Origin: Dimorphilus gyrociliatus
Lineage: Eukaryota; Animalia; Annelida
Direction: 5' to 3'
DNA: 52,121 bases
Assembly: GCA_904063045.1 (NCBI GenBank)
Contig: CAJFCJ010000060.1
Span: 67,228-119,348 of the forward strand
Under the pieces are notes generated by a model. The model had not been told where the DNA came from, searched no databases, and was given only the letters and a program-made list of their open reading frames with translations. Positions 11,586-23,582 of the stretch are shown piece after piece (within the stretch, counting starts at the first letter, position 1; each line of letters opens with the position of its first letter). A program made the translations under genes and the position numbers.

Positions 11586-12274
11586 TTAGATAACCAACTT
11601 TATGATTAATCCAAAAATGAAGAAAATGGTTGTCAGTTCAAGATGATTTTTAGATGCTCCACTCTTGCCTTGAGATAATAAATCACAGATTGTAGATATA
11701 TTTTAAAAAAAAATTACTTTACTTACAATATTTATTGATTTCATTTTGAGCTGAGCTGAGATTAGGAACTGGGCAGTCTTTAGATTTTGCTGCTTTTAGA
11801 CATTTAAAATATTCAGTATAAAAGTTGCAAGATTGTACATCTGTTAGAGTAGATCCGATCAGTTTATTTTCCAGTTGATTGACACATTTTGTAATTTTAT
11901 CAGCACATTCAAGTACAGATCTTTTTTCCACAGACCAACAAAATGGTGTAAATACTGAATAAAATTTAAAGAATATTTTGAATTAAACCTAAGGGATACC
12001 GGATGTGGTAGAAAACGGCCATAAATCTATGGTTTTACCCTAACCCTAACCCAGCCCTTGTTTTTGCCTAACCTTTTTGAATACCCCTAACCCTTAGATG
12101 GGACCCTCCTAAGAACATATCAACAGTTATCTTATTCCTCCTAACCATTTCCCAGGCTGAAATCTAACTTTCAAATATTTCATTTATGGCTGTTTTCGAC
12201 CGGTTCCAGGGATACCATAGCATTATCTACAAAACTTTTAACTTACCCAACAACACAATGATGTACTTGTTCAT
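11586..12274 (-). CDS. Small secreted GPI-anchored six-Cys protein (112 aa, 3 exons)
   Basis: Exons 12247..12274, 11727..11954 and 11586..11668, both donors GTAAGT, both introns phase 1. Product: MNKYIIVLLVFTPFCWS-VEKRSVLECADKITKC...CNFYTEYFKC...DC...YCKSGASKNHLELTTIFFIFGLIIKLVI*. Confidence 0.8.
12001..12207 (+). mobile_element. 207-bp Mutator-type MITE, copy 1, in intron 1 of the GPI-protein gene
   Basis: Subterminal inverted repeats GGTAGAAAACGGCCATAAAT / ATTTATGGCTGTTTTCGACC; 9-bp TSD AGGGATACC at 11992..12000 and 12208..12216; near-identical inverted copy at 19544..19750. Confidence 0.9.
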
Positions 12275-12323
12275 TCTTGGCTCAAAATCGAAAATATTCT
12301 TCACTTTTTCAGTAATGTTGAGC

Positions 12324-12331
12324 TATTTATA
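12324..12331 (-). promoter_or_regulatory. Candidate TATA box (TATAAATA) of the GPI-protein gene
   Basis: TATAAATA on the minus strand about 50 nt upstream of the ATG at 12274; AT-rich background lowers specificity. Confidence 0.4.
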
Positions 12332-12399
12332 CAAAAATCTTGGTGAAATATCATCAGGGAATAATTTAAAATTGTATTGATATGAAAATATATTTTAAT

Positions 12400-12902
12400 G
12401 ATGTACAGAAATATTTCAAAACATTATTCATATAAATATCCCTTTGTTACATTTGAAAGCATTTAATGCGTGAAGAGATATTTTGACTCATCCATTCCAT
12501 TGTAGTACTTTTTTGAATGTGTCCGTTGGGTTTTCCCAATAAACTATATTTGAAAACTGAAAGAAAAAAGTCCCAACTTGAGCATCTTAACAAATTTCTC
12601 TAGAATTTTACATCATTTTGTTTATTAATAGCTAATATTCATCGATAGATGGCATCACCTAATAATCTATTCAAAATGTTCTATTGTATGGCATATGAAA
12701 AAAAAATTTGAAGACTTGCCAAAATCTGGTCACTCAAACATGGCTGTAACGCATTAAAAACAGAGAAGTAATCAACAGGGTCATCGGGGAGGATTGGACT
12801 ATTTCTCATAATAAAAAACAAAGAGTATGAATCATTCCAATTGTACCTAACATGCCACACCATCTGTTCAACTAATCGTTCTATCAACTCTTTCGATTGC
12901 AT
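12400..12902 (-). mobile_element. Decayed gag-like internal region downstream of LTR1/PBS
   Basis: Lies 3' of the PBS on the minus strand; ORF 12681..12902 plus a downstream RIKCFKCNKG zinc-knuckle-like remnant near 12450-12480. Confidence 0.4.
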
Positions 12903-12964
12903 AGTTTATTCCTTGGGAGGGTACAATTTCACTCAGGTATGTTTTCACCTTGTACCAAAAGAAT

Positions 12965-12982
12965 ATCCTGTCGGCTGCGCCA
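12965..12982 (-). promoter_or_regulatory. Primer-binding site complementary to the 3' end of tRNA-Ser
   Basis: Minus strand TGGCGCAGCCGACAGGAT, 4 nt after the LTR's terminal CA. The plus strand ATCCTGTCGGCTGCGCCA resembles metazoan tRNA-Ser 3' ends including CCA (isoacceptor recalled, not searched). Confidence 0.75.
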
Positions 12983-12986
12983 AATT

Positions 12987-13621
12987 TGTACTGCTCTTGC
13001 TGGCAAAATCTATGCGTTTGCAAGTTATAACAATACTGGTTCTACTCGAACCTTTAAACAAATGTTTAAATTAAAATGGTTTATTCGCAATAATAATACT
13101 TAAGCAAGTAACAATATGAGAGTTCAATAGCAGAGTAGATAGTTTGTAATAGCAGGTTGCCAAATTACCAAACTGTCTTCCAATGTTGAGGAGTAGATGG
13201 ATGGTTCCAGTGGAGGTTGTTTCCAGATGATTTTCCCAGGTCCTTGGGTCCAGATGGAAGCTGCATGCCAAATGAGAATAATGAGGATTTATATACTTTG
13301 AGGTTTGTCTCTGACATCCAATCATCACTTTACAGTTGCCAAAATGTGTAGTTCATATTTATCTTTAGTAACAGGATGTTACAAGGTTCAACATTTAGGA
13401 AGGTTAATTGAATTATAACTTGGCCACACCCTAGGCAAGTTAATTAAATTATAACTTGGCCAAACCTTTATTGGTAATTAAAGATGAACCTTCAAGCTGA
13501 CTAATCAGACTTATGTTTGGCCAATGTTATAGCATTTTCTTGCGTAGGTTTTAAGATGTACATGTATATGTTGCATAAAATAATAGAGTTCAAGCATGTA
13601 AAATATAACCAAAGTTGTACA
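12987..13621 (-). mobile_element. LTR1 of a Ty3/Gypsy-like retrotransposon (635 bp)
   Basis: TGTAC...GTACA termini, adjacent PBS, and colinear similarity to 27492..27952. Confidence 0.85.
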
Positions 13622-13928
13622 ACCTGTTATTCTATTTCTATAGGCTTAAGTTAATTGGGATCCAATCTTTAAACTTTAGACTTTAATATTGCTATATCTA
13701 ATTGACTAGTTTAGAAACAACACTTTTTGCTTATTTCACTTTTCTTCATAGTGTTTAAAGTTTTAAGAATTAGCAGATATACATCTCAGAATATAGTTGA
13801 AATTTGAATATTTATCATAAAATTCAAATAATAAACTATTTTTATGGAAATTTAAAGTTCTCTGTGTGTTTAAGGAATTGTTGACTCATCTCTTCCTCCC
13901 AAATATTTTCAGGTGTTTTATTGATTCA

Positions 13929-14057
13929 TTTCTACCCAAATTACAACTATTAAGACTATTTGTGGACAAATTTAAAAGGTTCTATTTGTTCGAGTACTTT
14001 GGTAAACTGGTAAATGATTGGAAAGGATGAATACTGTTGTTACAAACTAGAAATTCC
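13929..14057 (+). repeat. Dispersed relic coding repeat, copy 2
   Basis: Colinear with 441..570. Confidence 0.75.
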
Positions 14058-14079
14058 TGTATTACTATACAAAAAAGTA

Positions 14080-14145
14080 CACCGTATCTAGCTGAAACCA
14101 TACACATGTGAATGAAACTGTACCAAAGTGAAACCGTACCTATTG
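14080..14145. repeat. Fragment of the GAAACCGTACC subterminal repeat of the 31-kb Mutator-like element
   Basis: gctgaaaccatac, tgaaactgtacc and gtgaaaccgtacc match the unit at 31012..31042 and 31687..31771; another fragment at about 27990..28024. Confidence 0.55.
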
Positions 14146-15126
14146 TGAGCAAAAAATGATATGGAATTGATTAATATGTCATATGATACAATATATATTT
14201 TAGTGCTAAAAATAAACACGAATTTACAACAAACAACCCATCACTCATATAAAGGAATGTTTCAGATATTAAATAGAAATGATCCACTTCAAGCTAGTGG
14301 AAGGAATGACTAATCAAGTTCTGAATTAGAGTCATATCTTCTAGCATTCAAATCGAATGAATCCTTGCCTGCAGTTTTTGCTTTCAAAGTTCACGACAAT
14401 TCACAATGTACAGCAAAAACAGTAATAGATAATGGAAAGCCTGAGATGGCATTTAGAATAGGTTTGGTAAAGTTAAATATAAGATATACTTGCAGAATGA
14501 GACATAGAGAATGTGTTGAACAATATACAGTATATGGCTTTCTCTACCAGTTGAAACATAAGGCTATAAACTTTGATTAACCCTATTTAGACAATAATTT
14601 TCTTTTTAATTAATTAGTTGATGACCACCAACCGTCTCACTCATAGCGTCTAATAGAATATCAAACAACTTAAGTCGATTTATTGATTATGTGCAAAAAA
14701 AAGGCTTTATTCTAAATAATCAATATTTTAAACGCATCACAATACATTTTGCAAAGAACAAAAATAAGTTAATTGATGTTCATCAGAAGATATGGGAATG
14801 AAAAAACTCGTCCTCTCTTCTATATCAGGTGGATAAGGTATCTTTTCTTGATTTTTTTTACAGGATTTACATAACTGTCATTGGTTTCTGGCTTAAGTAA
14901 ACAAACACGTTTAAAATCAATATACCAAACCCCAAAAAATGGGGATGAGTTTTCCCCTACTCAAAAGATATTTCACATATATTAGAACTCTATTAGTTGC
15001 TACTTTATTTCAATGCACTCAAAGGATAAAATAAAATTAATGAAGAGGGAAAATGATGATTGTTTAATGAGGAGAGTAGACTGCAGTGGCTATTTACTTT
15101 CTCACAGGTTCAATGTCTGAGATTTT

Positions 15127-16014
15127 TTAACCAATTGTACTTATACTTGAATTTTGAATTTTGTCTCCACCTAAATATTTACAGAATAAACTTTTAACTA
15201 TTTTAAAGAATTGTTTATGAAAAATTAAATATACAAAACAATTTGTTGAGTTATTAATAAAATAAAGTCGTTGTTGAATTAGATCAGCGTCTACTTTCAT
15301 CAAAACTTTCACCTGTAAAGGTAGCCATGTAACAAAAAAAATACTAGCTGTACAAAACAACATTAAAGCACATCTAATTTGAGTAGATTTATTATTTTCG
15401 CAGTTTCCTTTAGGATTTTTATGTCTTTTTCGTAAAGCTATAAAGATACTAGTATACATCAATAATACCAATATAAAGAATAGCAATTGAAGGCAAACTA
15501 TTAAGATAATTCCAGTTGGAATTATTGAAAAATCTTTTCTAATACATCGAAATTTTGGATTATCTGTTGAAATGGTTACACTTGTAAAAGTAATTGATTG
15601 ATATATGGGAAATGCTAAAGAACATGATGCAAACATATAGTGTAAACAATAAATTAATTTTGAAGATAGTATATGAGGTTTAAAAACAGATAACCATCTT
15701 TCAAATGCTAATAAAACATTCAAAATGAATGAATGAAGTACAAAAATATTTATAAAATAACAATGTATCTGACAAATTAATAAACTATGTGTTCCATATA
15801 CATTTAAAAATGTTGATATTGGTAGAACAATCCCACAAAATACAGTATCTACAATAGCCAATATTCTCACAAAAAAGTTTGTCAATGTTCTTTTATTACT
15901 TTTAAAAGGAAAATATAGTAGGATAATAATATTTGAAAATGTGCCAATAACTGAACAAGGTATTGTAAATATTAAAATCCATTTTGAAGTATTATCCATT
16001 TTTCTACAGTTCAA
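15127..16014 (-). CDS. Intronless class A (rhodopsin-like) orphan GPCR, 295 aa
   Basis: Seven hydrophobic segments; TM1 GTFSN, TM2 LAIVD, TM3 LAFERW, TM6 FFVTWLP, TM7 NNSTNCFVY. Confidence 0.9.
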   Translation of the reverse strand: MNCRKMDNTSKWILIFTIPCSVIGTFSNIIILLYFPFKSNKRTLTNFFVRILAIVDTVFCGIVLPISTFLNVYGTHSLLICQIHCYFINIFVLHSFILNVLLAFERWLSVFKPHILSSKLIYCLHYMFASCSLAFPIYQSITFTSVTISTDNPKFRCIRKDFSIIPTGIILIVCLQLLFFILVLLMYTSIFIALRKRHKNPKGNCENNKSTQIRCALMLFCTASIFFVTWLPLQVKVLMKVDADLIQQRLYFINNSTNCFVYLIFHKQFFKIVKSLFCKYLGGDKIQNSSISTIG

Positions 16015-16609
16015 TTTTTAAAAGTATTTGAAAAGGAGACAATATTTTTTATTATGTTATGTTTTATGTTAGAGACTAACCTATAAAGTAACTTATATAT
16101 ATATATATATCAAAGGAGCCATCTAGTGGAGAAATATACAGAAATTAATTGACAATTTTGTATTATTGTAATTAGAAATATGATAATATATTTGCTTATG
16201 TTTTATATTTCTCTCTCTCTCTTTCTCTTTGCCTCTCATTAGAGAACATATCGTCAAAATGAAACAAAACCAAAATGAGACGAAAGAATAAACAAATTGT
16301 CCAGAAACTAGTTATTATCAAATAAGCTCTGCTTAAAATCTTTGAAATATTTTTTAAATAATCAAAAAGCATACAGTGCTAAAACAAATGTTTCGTACAA
16401 CCGACTTTTTTTTATAAGGGCTATTTTAAAGGGTAATCAATGGGATTTTTTTTTTTAAATTGACTACTGTGTAGGAAATTTTGTCTAGTTTTATTAGAAA
16501 TTTTCAGATGCTTTCTACCTCCTCTAGTTTACGAGCTATTTACATATTTTGGTGAGCATGTATAAGCCAGTACGAATTTTTTTTGGAAAAGTCAAGTCTA
16601 TTTTCCGTA

Positions 16610-17546
16610 CACTCACTATATTTTGTATATTTGTTAATTTTTAATTAAATGCACATTTACAAAATTTTGATACTTTAGCTTCAAGCCATTTTTTGCAATG
16701 CATTCCAGTCCCCTCTTCAGCAATGAGTTGTGAAGGGCGATTAAGTCCTTTTTCCTTTTCTTATTCATTATTTCTACTTTTTCTTGAATGCACCTCCATA
16801 AATTTTCCTTTTTGCTAAACTGTGGCCCATCATACACCATATTCTTCAGCATATGCCATACATTCTCTATGGGAGAGAGATCTGGGGAGTAAGCTGGCCA
16901 TGGTAAGACTGTGCACTTTTCAGTCTTAAAATACTTTTGCACACTTTTTGCCTTGTGGCAAGGAGCATTGTCCTGTTGGAAAATGAAACCCTTCCTATAT
17001 CGTTTTTTAGGAATGGCATGAGCTCTTTTTTCAAAAGAGAGAGGTACCATGCCTTTGTGCATTTTTTTTCAATTCTAGAAATGTTCACAAAACCATCTGG
17101 CCCCATACATCCCCAGATCATGACTCCTCCACCACCCATTGAATGTTTATTTCTCATATTTTCCCTTTCTGGATTAAACTGCCAGGTTTGGAAGTTATCT
17201 GACCCATCCAAACTGAATCTGCATTCATCAGATATGATCACATAATCCAGATTTACTTTCTTTTCAAGCCATCCTCTATAAATTTCGGCCTCCCAACACC
17301 ACCACTCTTCTTGTAATTCAGTTTTATAATATATTGTATGGAAGATTTTGGAATGTTGAAAATCTCTGAGAGCTGCCCATATGATAAGCCTTCTTGGTGC
17401 TTTTGTTTTATTAAAGTTCTTATTTCTTGACTGAAAGCCATTTTAAAAATGTTCTTTTCACACTAGCCTATTAATATTATACCTTCCTATCATATTAATT
17501 GAGTACTTGTTATAAACTACTCATGGATCATATTTTATAAGGGGTG
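16610..17546 (-). mobile_element. Defective Tc1-family (DD34E) DNA transposon
   Basis: N-terminal HTH ...GRPK (17253..17441), IISDECRF, GGGVMIWGC, FQQDNAPCH and WPAYSPDLSPIENVW; 34 residues between the second D and the E. Second HTH deleted near 17270, frameshift near 16990. Ends are tentative (TA-CAC...GTG-TA, poorly matching TIRs). Confidence 0.9.
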
Positions 17547-17559
17547 TATTTTATAACAA

Positions 17560-17910
17560 ACCAAGTGTAATTTTGGATATTCTTTAAACACTGGATCATG
17601 CATTAAGTGTCCAATAGCTTACTGTCAATCCTGTGAATATCGCACAACTTGTGCAACCTGTACAACTGGTTTAAATATAACAGATTTCAATACAAAATGT
17701 AAAGGTATGTAGAAATTTTCATTTTTTTATAGCTTGTACAGCTTTCTTTGTCTTTTTTAAAACTTTATAGGCGAGTGTTTGTTCTGTAATGAAAACAGAG
17801 AAAAGTGTGGAGCTGAAATAAAATCTAAAGACTCAAAGAAGACAATAGAATGCCTTCAAGGTAGTTGCTGGGCTTATAGAACAGAAATTAACGGAAGTGA
17901 GAAAAATGCA
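17560..17910 (+). pseudogene. Two-exon remnant: furin-like Cys-rich repeat plus N-half of a Ly6/quiver-like domain
   Basis: TKCNFGYSLNTGSCIKCPIAYCQSCEYRTTCATCTTG...KCK, donor GTATGT near 17705, acceptor at 17770, then GECLFCNENREKCGAE...IECLQGSCWAYRTEING; stops follow and the 5' end abuts the Tc1 edge. Confidence 0.55.
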
Positions 17911-19543
17911 GAGTCAGTACTATAAAAGAGTGTTGGAAAAAACTGTAATACATTTGAATAGCCAATGTCTATTCAGTATATATGTTTATTAAACAACCAG
18001 CCATTAAAAACTGTCTACTTAATAATGCAATTAATTGCAAACTCGTAAATTGACCAAGCCATACAGGTACATTAATATTCATATTCACTTCATGAAATAA
18101 ACAACAGAAACTTGTTGAAATATTTTAATCAATTTGAGAATAACATGAGTAAATTATTCATACTTACAGAGAGGAAAATTGTTTAAAGATATAAATTACT
18201 GCTAGGGGGTGGATGTGATTGTATTTATTTAGTACAAAGATAAATACTTGTTTGTCAGTAAAAACAGCATATTTTGGGTGAATGATTGAGAAATGTTGAC
18301 AAACTTGACTATCACAGTAACATAAATATGTGTATTTATCATACATATCCCTTTCTGTAAAATAATCATTTTTAGTGTTAGTTAGTTGACAATTTTGAAT
18401 ATTTCTTTTATTTTAAACTCTGCTATTGGTATTAATATTCCTTTTTGACAAGCAAATTAATTTGACAGCTACTGAGTAAGTTTCTATTTTTCATTAGAAG
18501 AAAGAGTGATGTAACATCAAAAGATTGCATGGCGATAGTCTTAATAGTCTTGTTTATTTTCCAAAGCTAAATGTCAATAGAAGTTATAAAAAAATTATGA
18601 ATTCTTCATAATTTGTTTCTCTTTCTCTCTTTAATAATTGACAGTATTAGGCATACGCAAGGATCACGTGATAATCTTTAAAAAAGAATGATTAATATTA
18701 TTGGACACCGTAAATTTTGATTGGCCAAGTTTTAATTAACGGTTAAAATGTTTTTATATAAGTTTACTATATATATTTTGATGTATTAATTAAATAATAG
18801 CTTTGTTTGCATTGCCCTGTCTGAATCACCTATTATGGGACTAGTAGAAAACGGCCAGAGCTCTGCTTGAAAATGGTCAAAGATCTATTTTCATGTATAA
18901 AATATTTAAAACTGACTGAGAGAGGTAGAAGAATTGAAAGACAATAATTGAGAAAGATAAATATGGAAGGACAGTTGCTCTGTCACTCCTTGCTCCTCTT
19001 CCTCCCTGGACCAAATCATTTTTCAACAAATTTCTTCTTCAGGTAGCTTTTCACTATTAGAGTAGTAAAAATTCTTCTGACAGTTAAAATCCTTCCTTTG
19101 TTAAACATGCAAAAGGAAATATTTGATACTTGAGACAAATTTAAAAATGTTAAAATGACAGAAGCTCAGATTTTAGAAAATTGATTTAAAATATATATTT
19201 CACATTAGATATGTGTCACTTTATTAGTTCAAATAGTTGCTTCTAGTAGCTCAATATTTTTTTAACATATAAATTTATTATTTAAAATATAAAATTACAT
19301 CTTCGGCCATTTTCAATTAGACTCTTTCCTCATTATATTTGAGTGTACACTTCTATTTTATATTTCTTTTATGATTTCATTAGAAAAAAATATTTTGAAG
19401 TCCTTTTTTCACAGATTTCACAGTGAATAATCCAAATTGTTGAATAGGCTCTTATTCATGTAAAGAAATGCAAAGAAAAAGAGGAGAACGAAATTGAAAG
19501 GGTCAGCAATACGTTTCAAAGTGTCTGCAAATGGATTGAAAGG

Positions 19544-19750
19544 GGGACCGGTGGAAAACGGCCATAAATGAAATATTTGAAAGTTGGATTTCAGCCTGGG
19601 AAATGGTTAGGAGGAATAAGATAACTGTTGATATGTTCTTAGGAGGGTCCCATCTAAGGGTTAGGGGTATTCAAAAAGGTTAGGCAAAAACAAGGGCTGG
19701 GTTAGGGTTAGGGTAAAACCATAGATTTATGGCCGTTTTCTACCACATCC
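19544..19750 (-). mobile_element. 207-bp Mutator-type MITE, copy 2
   Basis: Reverse complement of 12001..12207; own 9-bp TSD ATTGAAAGG at 19535..19543 and 19751..19759. Confidence 0.9.
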
Positions 19751-20386
19751 ATTGAAAGGCTTCCAATCAATTTTTATATAATTCTGCATTAAATTAGAAA
19801 AAAGAAAGTATAACTTAAGTATAAATTTTTAGCATGTTTTGCACCTGTTTTCACAAAAAGAGTGTTTTGCTAGTTTTATTGCTCATAGGAAAAACATCAG
19901 GTATGCAAGTTTTTCAATAATTTTCTCTTCTACCTCTAGTTGTTTATCTATTATAGAAGCAAATACAACAGTATTATTAAATTTTCTTTCAGAGAGTTCT
20001 TATCAAAGTTTGTTCTTTACAAGATAATATTAGAATTCAAAAATGATGCCACAATGTTTTTCTTGCAAAAAGACAGAAAAGAAAAAGGGAAAATGCTCTC
20101 TTTGTAAGCATACTACTCATTGAATTTGTCTAAAAATCCTTCACAAACCTAACGATAACTCTGTTTTGTTTTTTTAAATGCAAAGATGCTAAAAAAATAT
20201 ATCTAGTATCTAGTAAAAAGATCTTGCCGAGATGTTTCACTTAAAGCAAGGGAAAGTATGACAAAATTAAAATTTTACTACTATTCTCATTGTTCCATTT
20301 GCTTAGGTCAGGGTTAGCCATAAATATCAAATGTATATATTTCTCAACTAAAAGTGTATTGAAATCTAGATGAAGATTTAGATCTT

Positions 20387-23300
20387 TTAAATAGAATTAT
20401 GTTGTTTCTCAACTTTATCCCTTTCCTTTAAAATATATTTAATAAAATGTCCAAAAGTAAAACTATCATTTTTCATGTCATTAATATTCATATTCTTCTT
20501 GAACTTTAGGTCAGTTAAAGTAAAATCTTTTGTGAATCTCCCCTGATAAGGAAAAAATTTATGAAGACTGTGAAACAATACATTTTAATGAAATGATAAA
20601 CCTGTAGAATTTTGAAATGTTGACAATGTCCACAATCAATTGACATTGAATTTTTATTGATTATGACAATTTCTTTACAGATTTGTTTTATGCAAATAAA
20701 ATATTGACAGTTTTTAAAGAATTTTTCATTCATTCTAAAACTTTTGTAATGTTTATCAATATAAATTTCTTGTTGAATGTTTGTTACAATTCTTGCTAAT
20801 TGAACAAATGTTTTATATATTAAAGCAAAATATGTATATTGTATCAAAATGTTTAAAAAAAAGAGTTTTAATTTCCTGAAAATTTTCTTGTTCTCTATTT
20901 TGCTTACCATTCGTTATTTTCTCATTTAATGATTGTCTATTAAAAAGAGAGAGAAAATTGGGAAAATTATTGAACATTTTTAAAAAAATAATAAATAAAA
21001 AACCAACATTGCCAGTGTAGACTTTAATTTGGAAAATTTTAATTTTAGTCGTATCTCCATTATGAAATAAATATATGGGTTAACAACAGCTGCTAGTGGC
21101 ACAAGACATCCAATAATTGAATTGTAAATATTGTTGTTGATATTCAATTCAATGGTTATAGAAATAAAAGCTGAAATTGAAAAGATATCGGCTGAAAGAA
21201 TGGAAAAACCAATGACAAACCTAAAATACATATTGGTGTCCAACATAACAGATAGGAAAAGACCAATACGTAATTGATTTTTGAAAGTGTTCTAGTGCAT
21301 TTGTAATACTGATTAGTCATCATCTTCTTTCTTGAATAATTAATTGAAATGAACATAATGCCATATATGACAAATATCAGGATGCTAATTGGAAACATCA
21401 TTACACCAAATATTATAAATGAATATATCCAGCCATCGCTTTTATCGCTTCTGATGTAGATATTTAAGCATATTGGTGTTTTTGAAAAGAAATCCTTATG
21501 AAAAAGACAAAATAAATCATACGTTTTCAAGTTAGAAAAGAAAGAAACGTAAAAAGTGGATGATGGTGGAGGTGTCTACTGCTTTATTGAAAGTAACGCT
21601 TTTCAATTAATTTAAGCCTATCACAGCCGCAAAACTAATATATTAGCAAACGGCAATGGAAACTTTCTCCAACACCCACCAAAATACTGGTACTGGAAAT
21701 AAGATTGGTGGAATAATTGCAATCGATGCTGCTAGAAGAAATGCTAAACAAGAAATTAGATATTGGTATTCTTTAGCTTTACTAGTTTTGAATGGTTGTA
21801 AAACTATTTCCAGCCTTTCAATTGACATGAATAAAACATTAGTTATTGAAAAAATCAATGAAAATGACATAATTGATCCAAGTATTTGACATAGTAAACC
21901 CTTTCTCCAGTTTTCTTCCCTTTCTAAATAATCATCTCCTGAAAAGTATACGTCAGCAATACATATTGACATTGTATAAAACGATGATAAAAAATCAGCC
22001 ATTGAAATATTGAAACGATAACTTCTAGACATTTGCTTATTCTTAAAAATAGTAAAAAGTATAGCAATAATATTGCTACAAACACCAGAAATGGAGAAAC
22101 TCCAACTAATGAATCTCAAGATATTTGAATAGATAAAGGTGTGACAAGTTAAAAACAATGGCGGATTTGGTAAACAATCAACACTTTGAAAAATATTGTA
22201 TTTTGAAATTAAACAACAAATTTGATATTGTTGACTTTGAACAATTCTAATATTTTTCAACCCTTTTACTGCTATTGTTAAGTGTTTTAAATGTATTTTT
22301 GTCATATTTAAATAGATTTCTTGCAGTGAGAAATGATTAAAAATATTGACATTCAAACTTTTTATTCTACAATTAATTAATTTCAATATTTTTAGTTTTT
22401 TTAATTTTTTCAAATCTTTTAAATTCAATTGAGTAATATTTGAAAATGACAAATTTAAAGATAATAAATTTTGGCAGTTATATTTAAATAAATGTTTTAA
22501 AACTATTATTTTCAATCAATTTTAATTCAATTACATTTGCAATTGATTTTACATTCCATTCTTTCAAATGATTATTCTTTTCTACTGAAAATACTATTAA
22601 TCCATTTGAATTTAATTCTTTTTTGTATAAAAAATTTCCAGATATTGATAATCTTTTTATATACTTTGTTATTTGATTAATGATTACTGCAGGTACATTT
22701 CCTTTTAGGTTACATTCCATATTATATTTAGGATGAACTGTGCATTCTTTATTTGTAAGATTGTTTTGAGTAGGGTCAGGGTAGCTTGCATTACATAACA
22801 ATTCATCAGAAGCTCTCCTACAGTCTACAATACCATTGCACAGTTTCTCTTCTGGAAGGTATAGGTATTCATTTTTACACTTAAAAAAGCCTTTGACTAA
22901 ATTCATTTCATATTCATTTCTTCAATCCCTATCGCTTTCCCTTTTCTCCATAAGTAGAAGAAAATACATTCACCTTCTACTGTACGGCAGCTGTATTCGT
23001 CATCTCCGTATAAACAGTGATTCACTCCATCGCAAACATTTTCAATAGGAATGCAATAGCCTTCCAGATAGCATTTGTAATGGTTTGAGGAGCATTTTAA
23101 TTCTTTGCACAAGTAGCTGTATGGTCTTGATATCAAGTGTCCCTTTCCATCAAATTCTATATCGCATTTCCAAAATTGTTCTTTGCACACACTTTCGGTG
23201 AAATCCGAAGAACTAGTTTCACACCCAGATTCGTCATACAAACAATCTGGAATTCCATTGCAACGAAGATGGTGTTCATAACACAATCCATCACAGACAA

Positions 23301-23533
23301 ACTGACTATTCTTATTACATTCTTTATCATAGATAACATACTTTAGATTAGTGGAAAAATAATTAAGCAAAAGGAGTAGAAACCTTTCTTTACTTGATCA
23401 ATTAGAGCATCGGATCTTTGACATATTTCATCAGTCTTATCAAAACAATCGTGACGACCATCACAAACTTTATATCTTTCGATGCATTGTCCATTATTGC
23501 ACAAGATACTAGAGAATCGTAAAGACAATAGAG

Positions 23534-23582
<49 letters not shown>

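Noticed and set aside
12965-12982. tRNA gene
   Set aside because: Only 18 nt including CCA match a tRNA 3' end, directly beside an LTR; this is a primer-binding site.
14365-14580. 71-aa ORF as a gene
   Set aside because: TTG start, no splice or domain support.
16937-17245. Plus-strand 102-aa ORF
   Set aside because: Antisense shadow of the Tc1 transposase; likewise 29847..30050 and 30193..30390 (GPCR) and 26779..27033 (gag).
19688-19715. Telomere or interstitial telomeric array
   Set aside because: Only 2-3 TTAGGG units, all inside the MITE.
20043-20190. PHD-finger remnant (CFSC..CSLC..H*.C)
   Set aside because: The Cys/His spacing is suggestive but it is interrupted by a stop and frameshifts and has no context; too weak to list as a feature.
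20620-20650. Thioredoxin CGHC active site in ORF 20515..20910
   Set aside because: No thioredoxin-fold context; the segment aligns positionally with the degenerate catalytic loop of the kinase-like tails.
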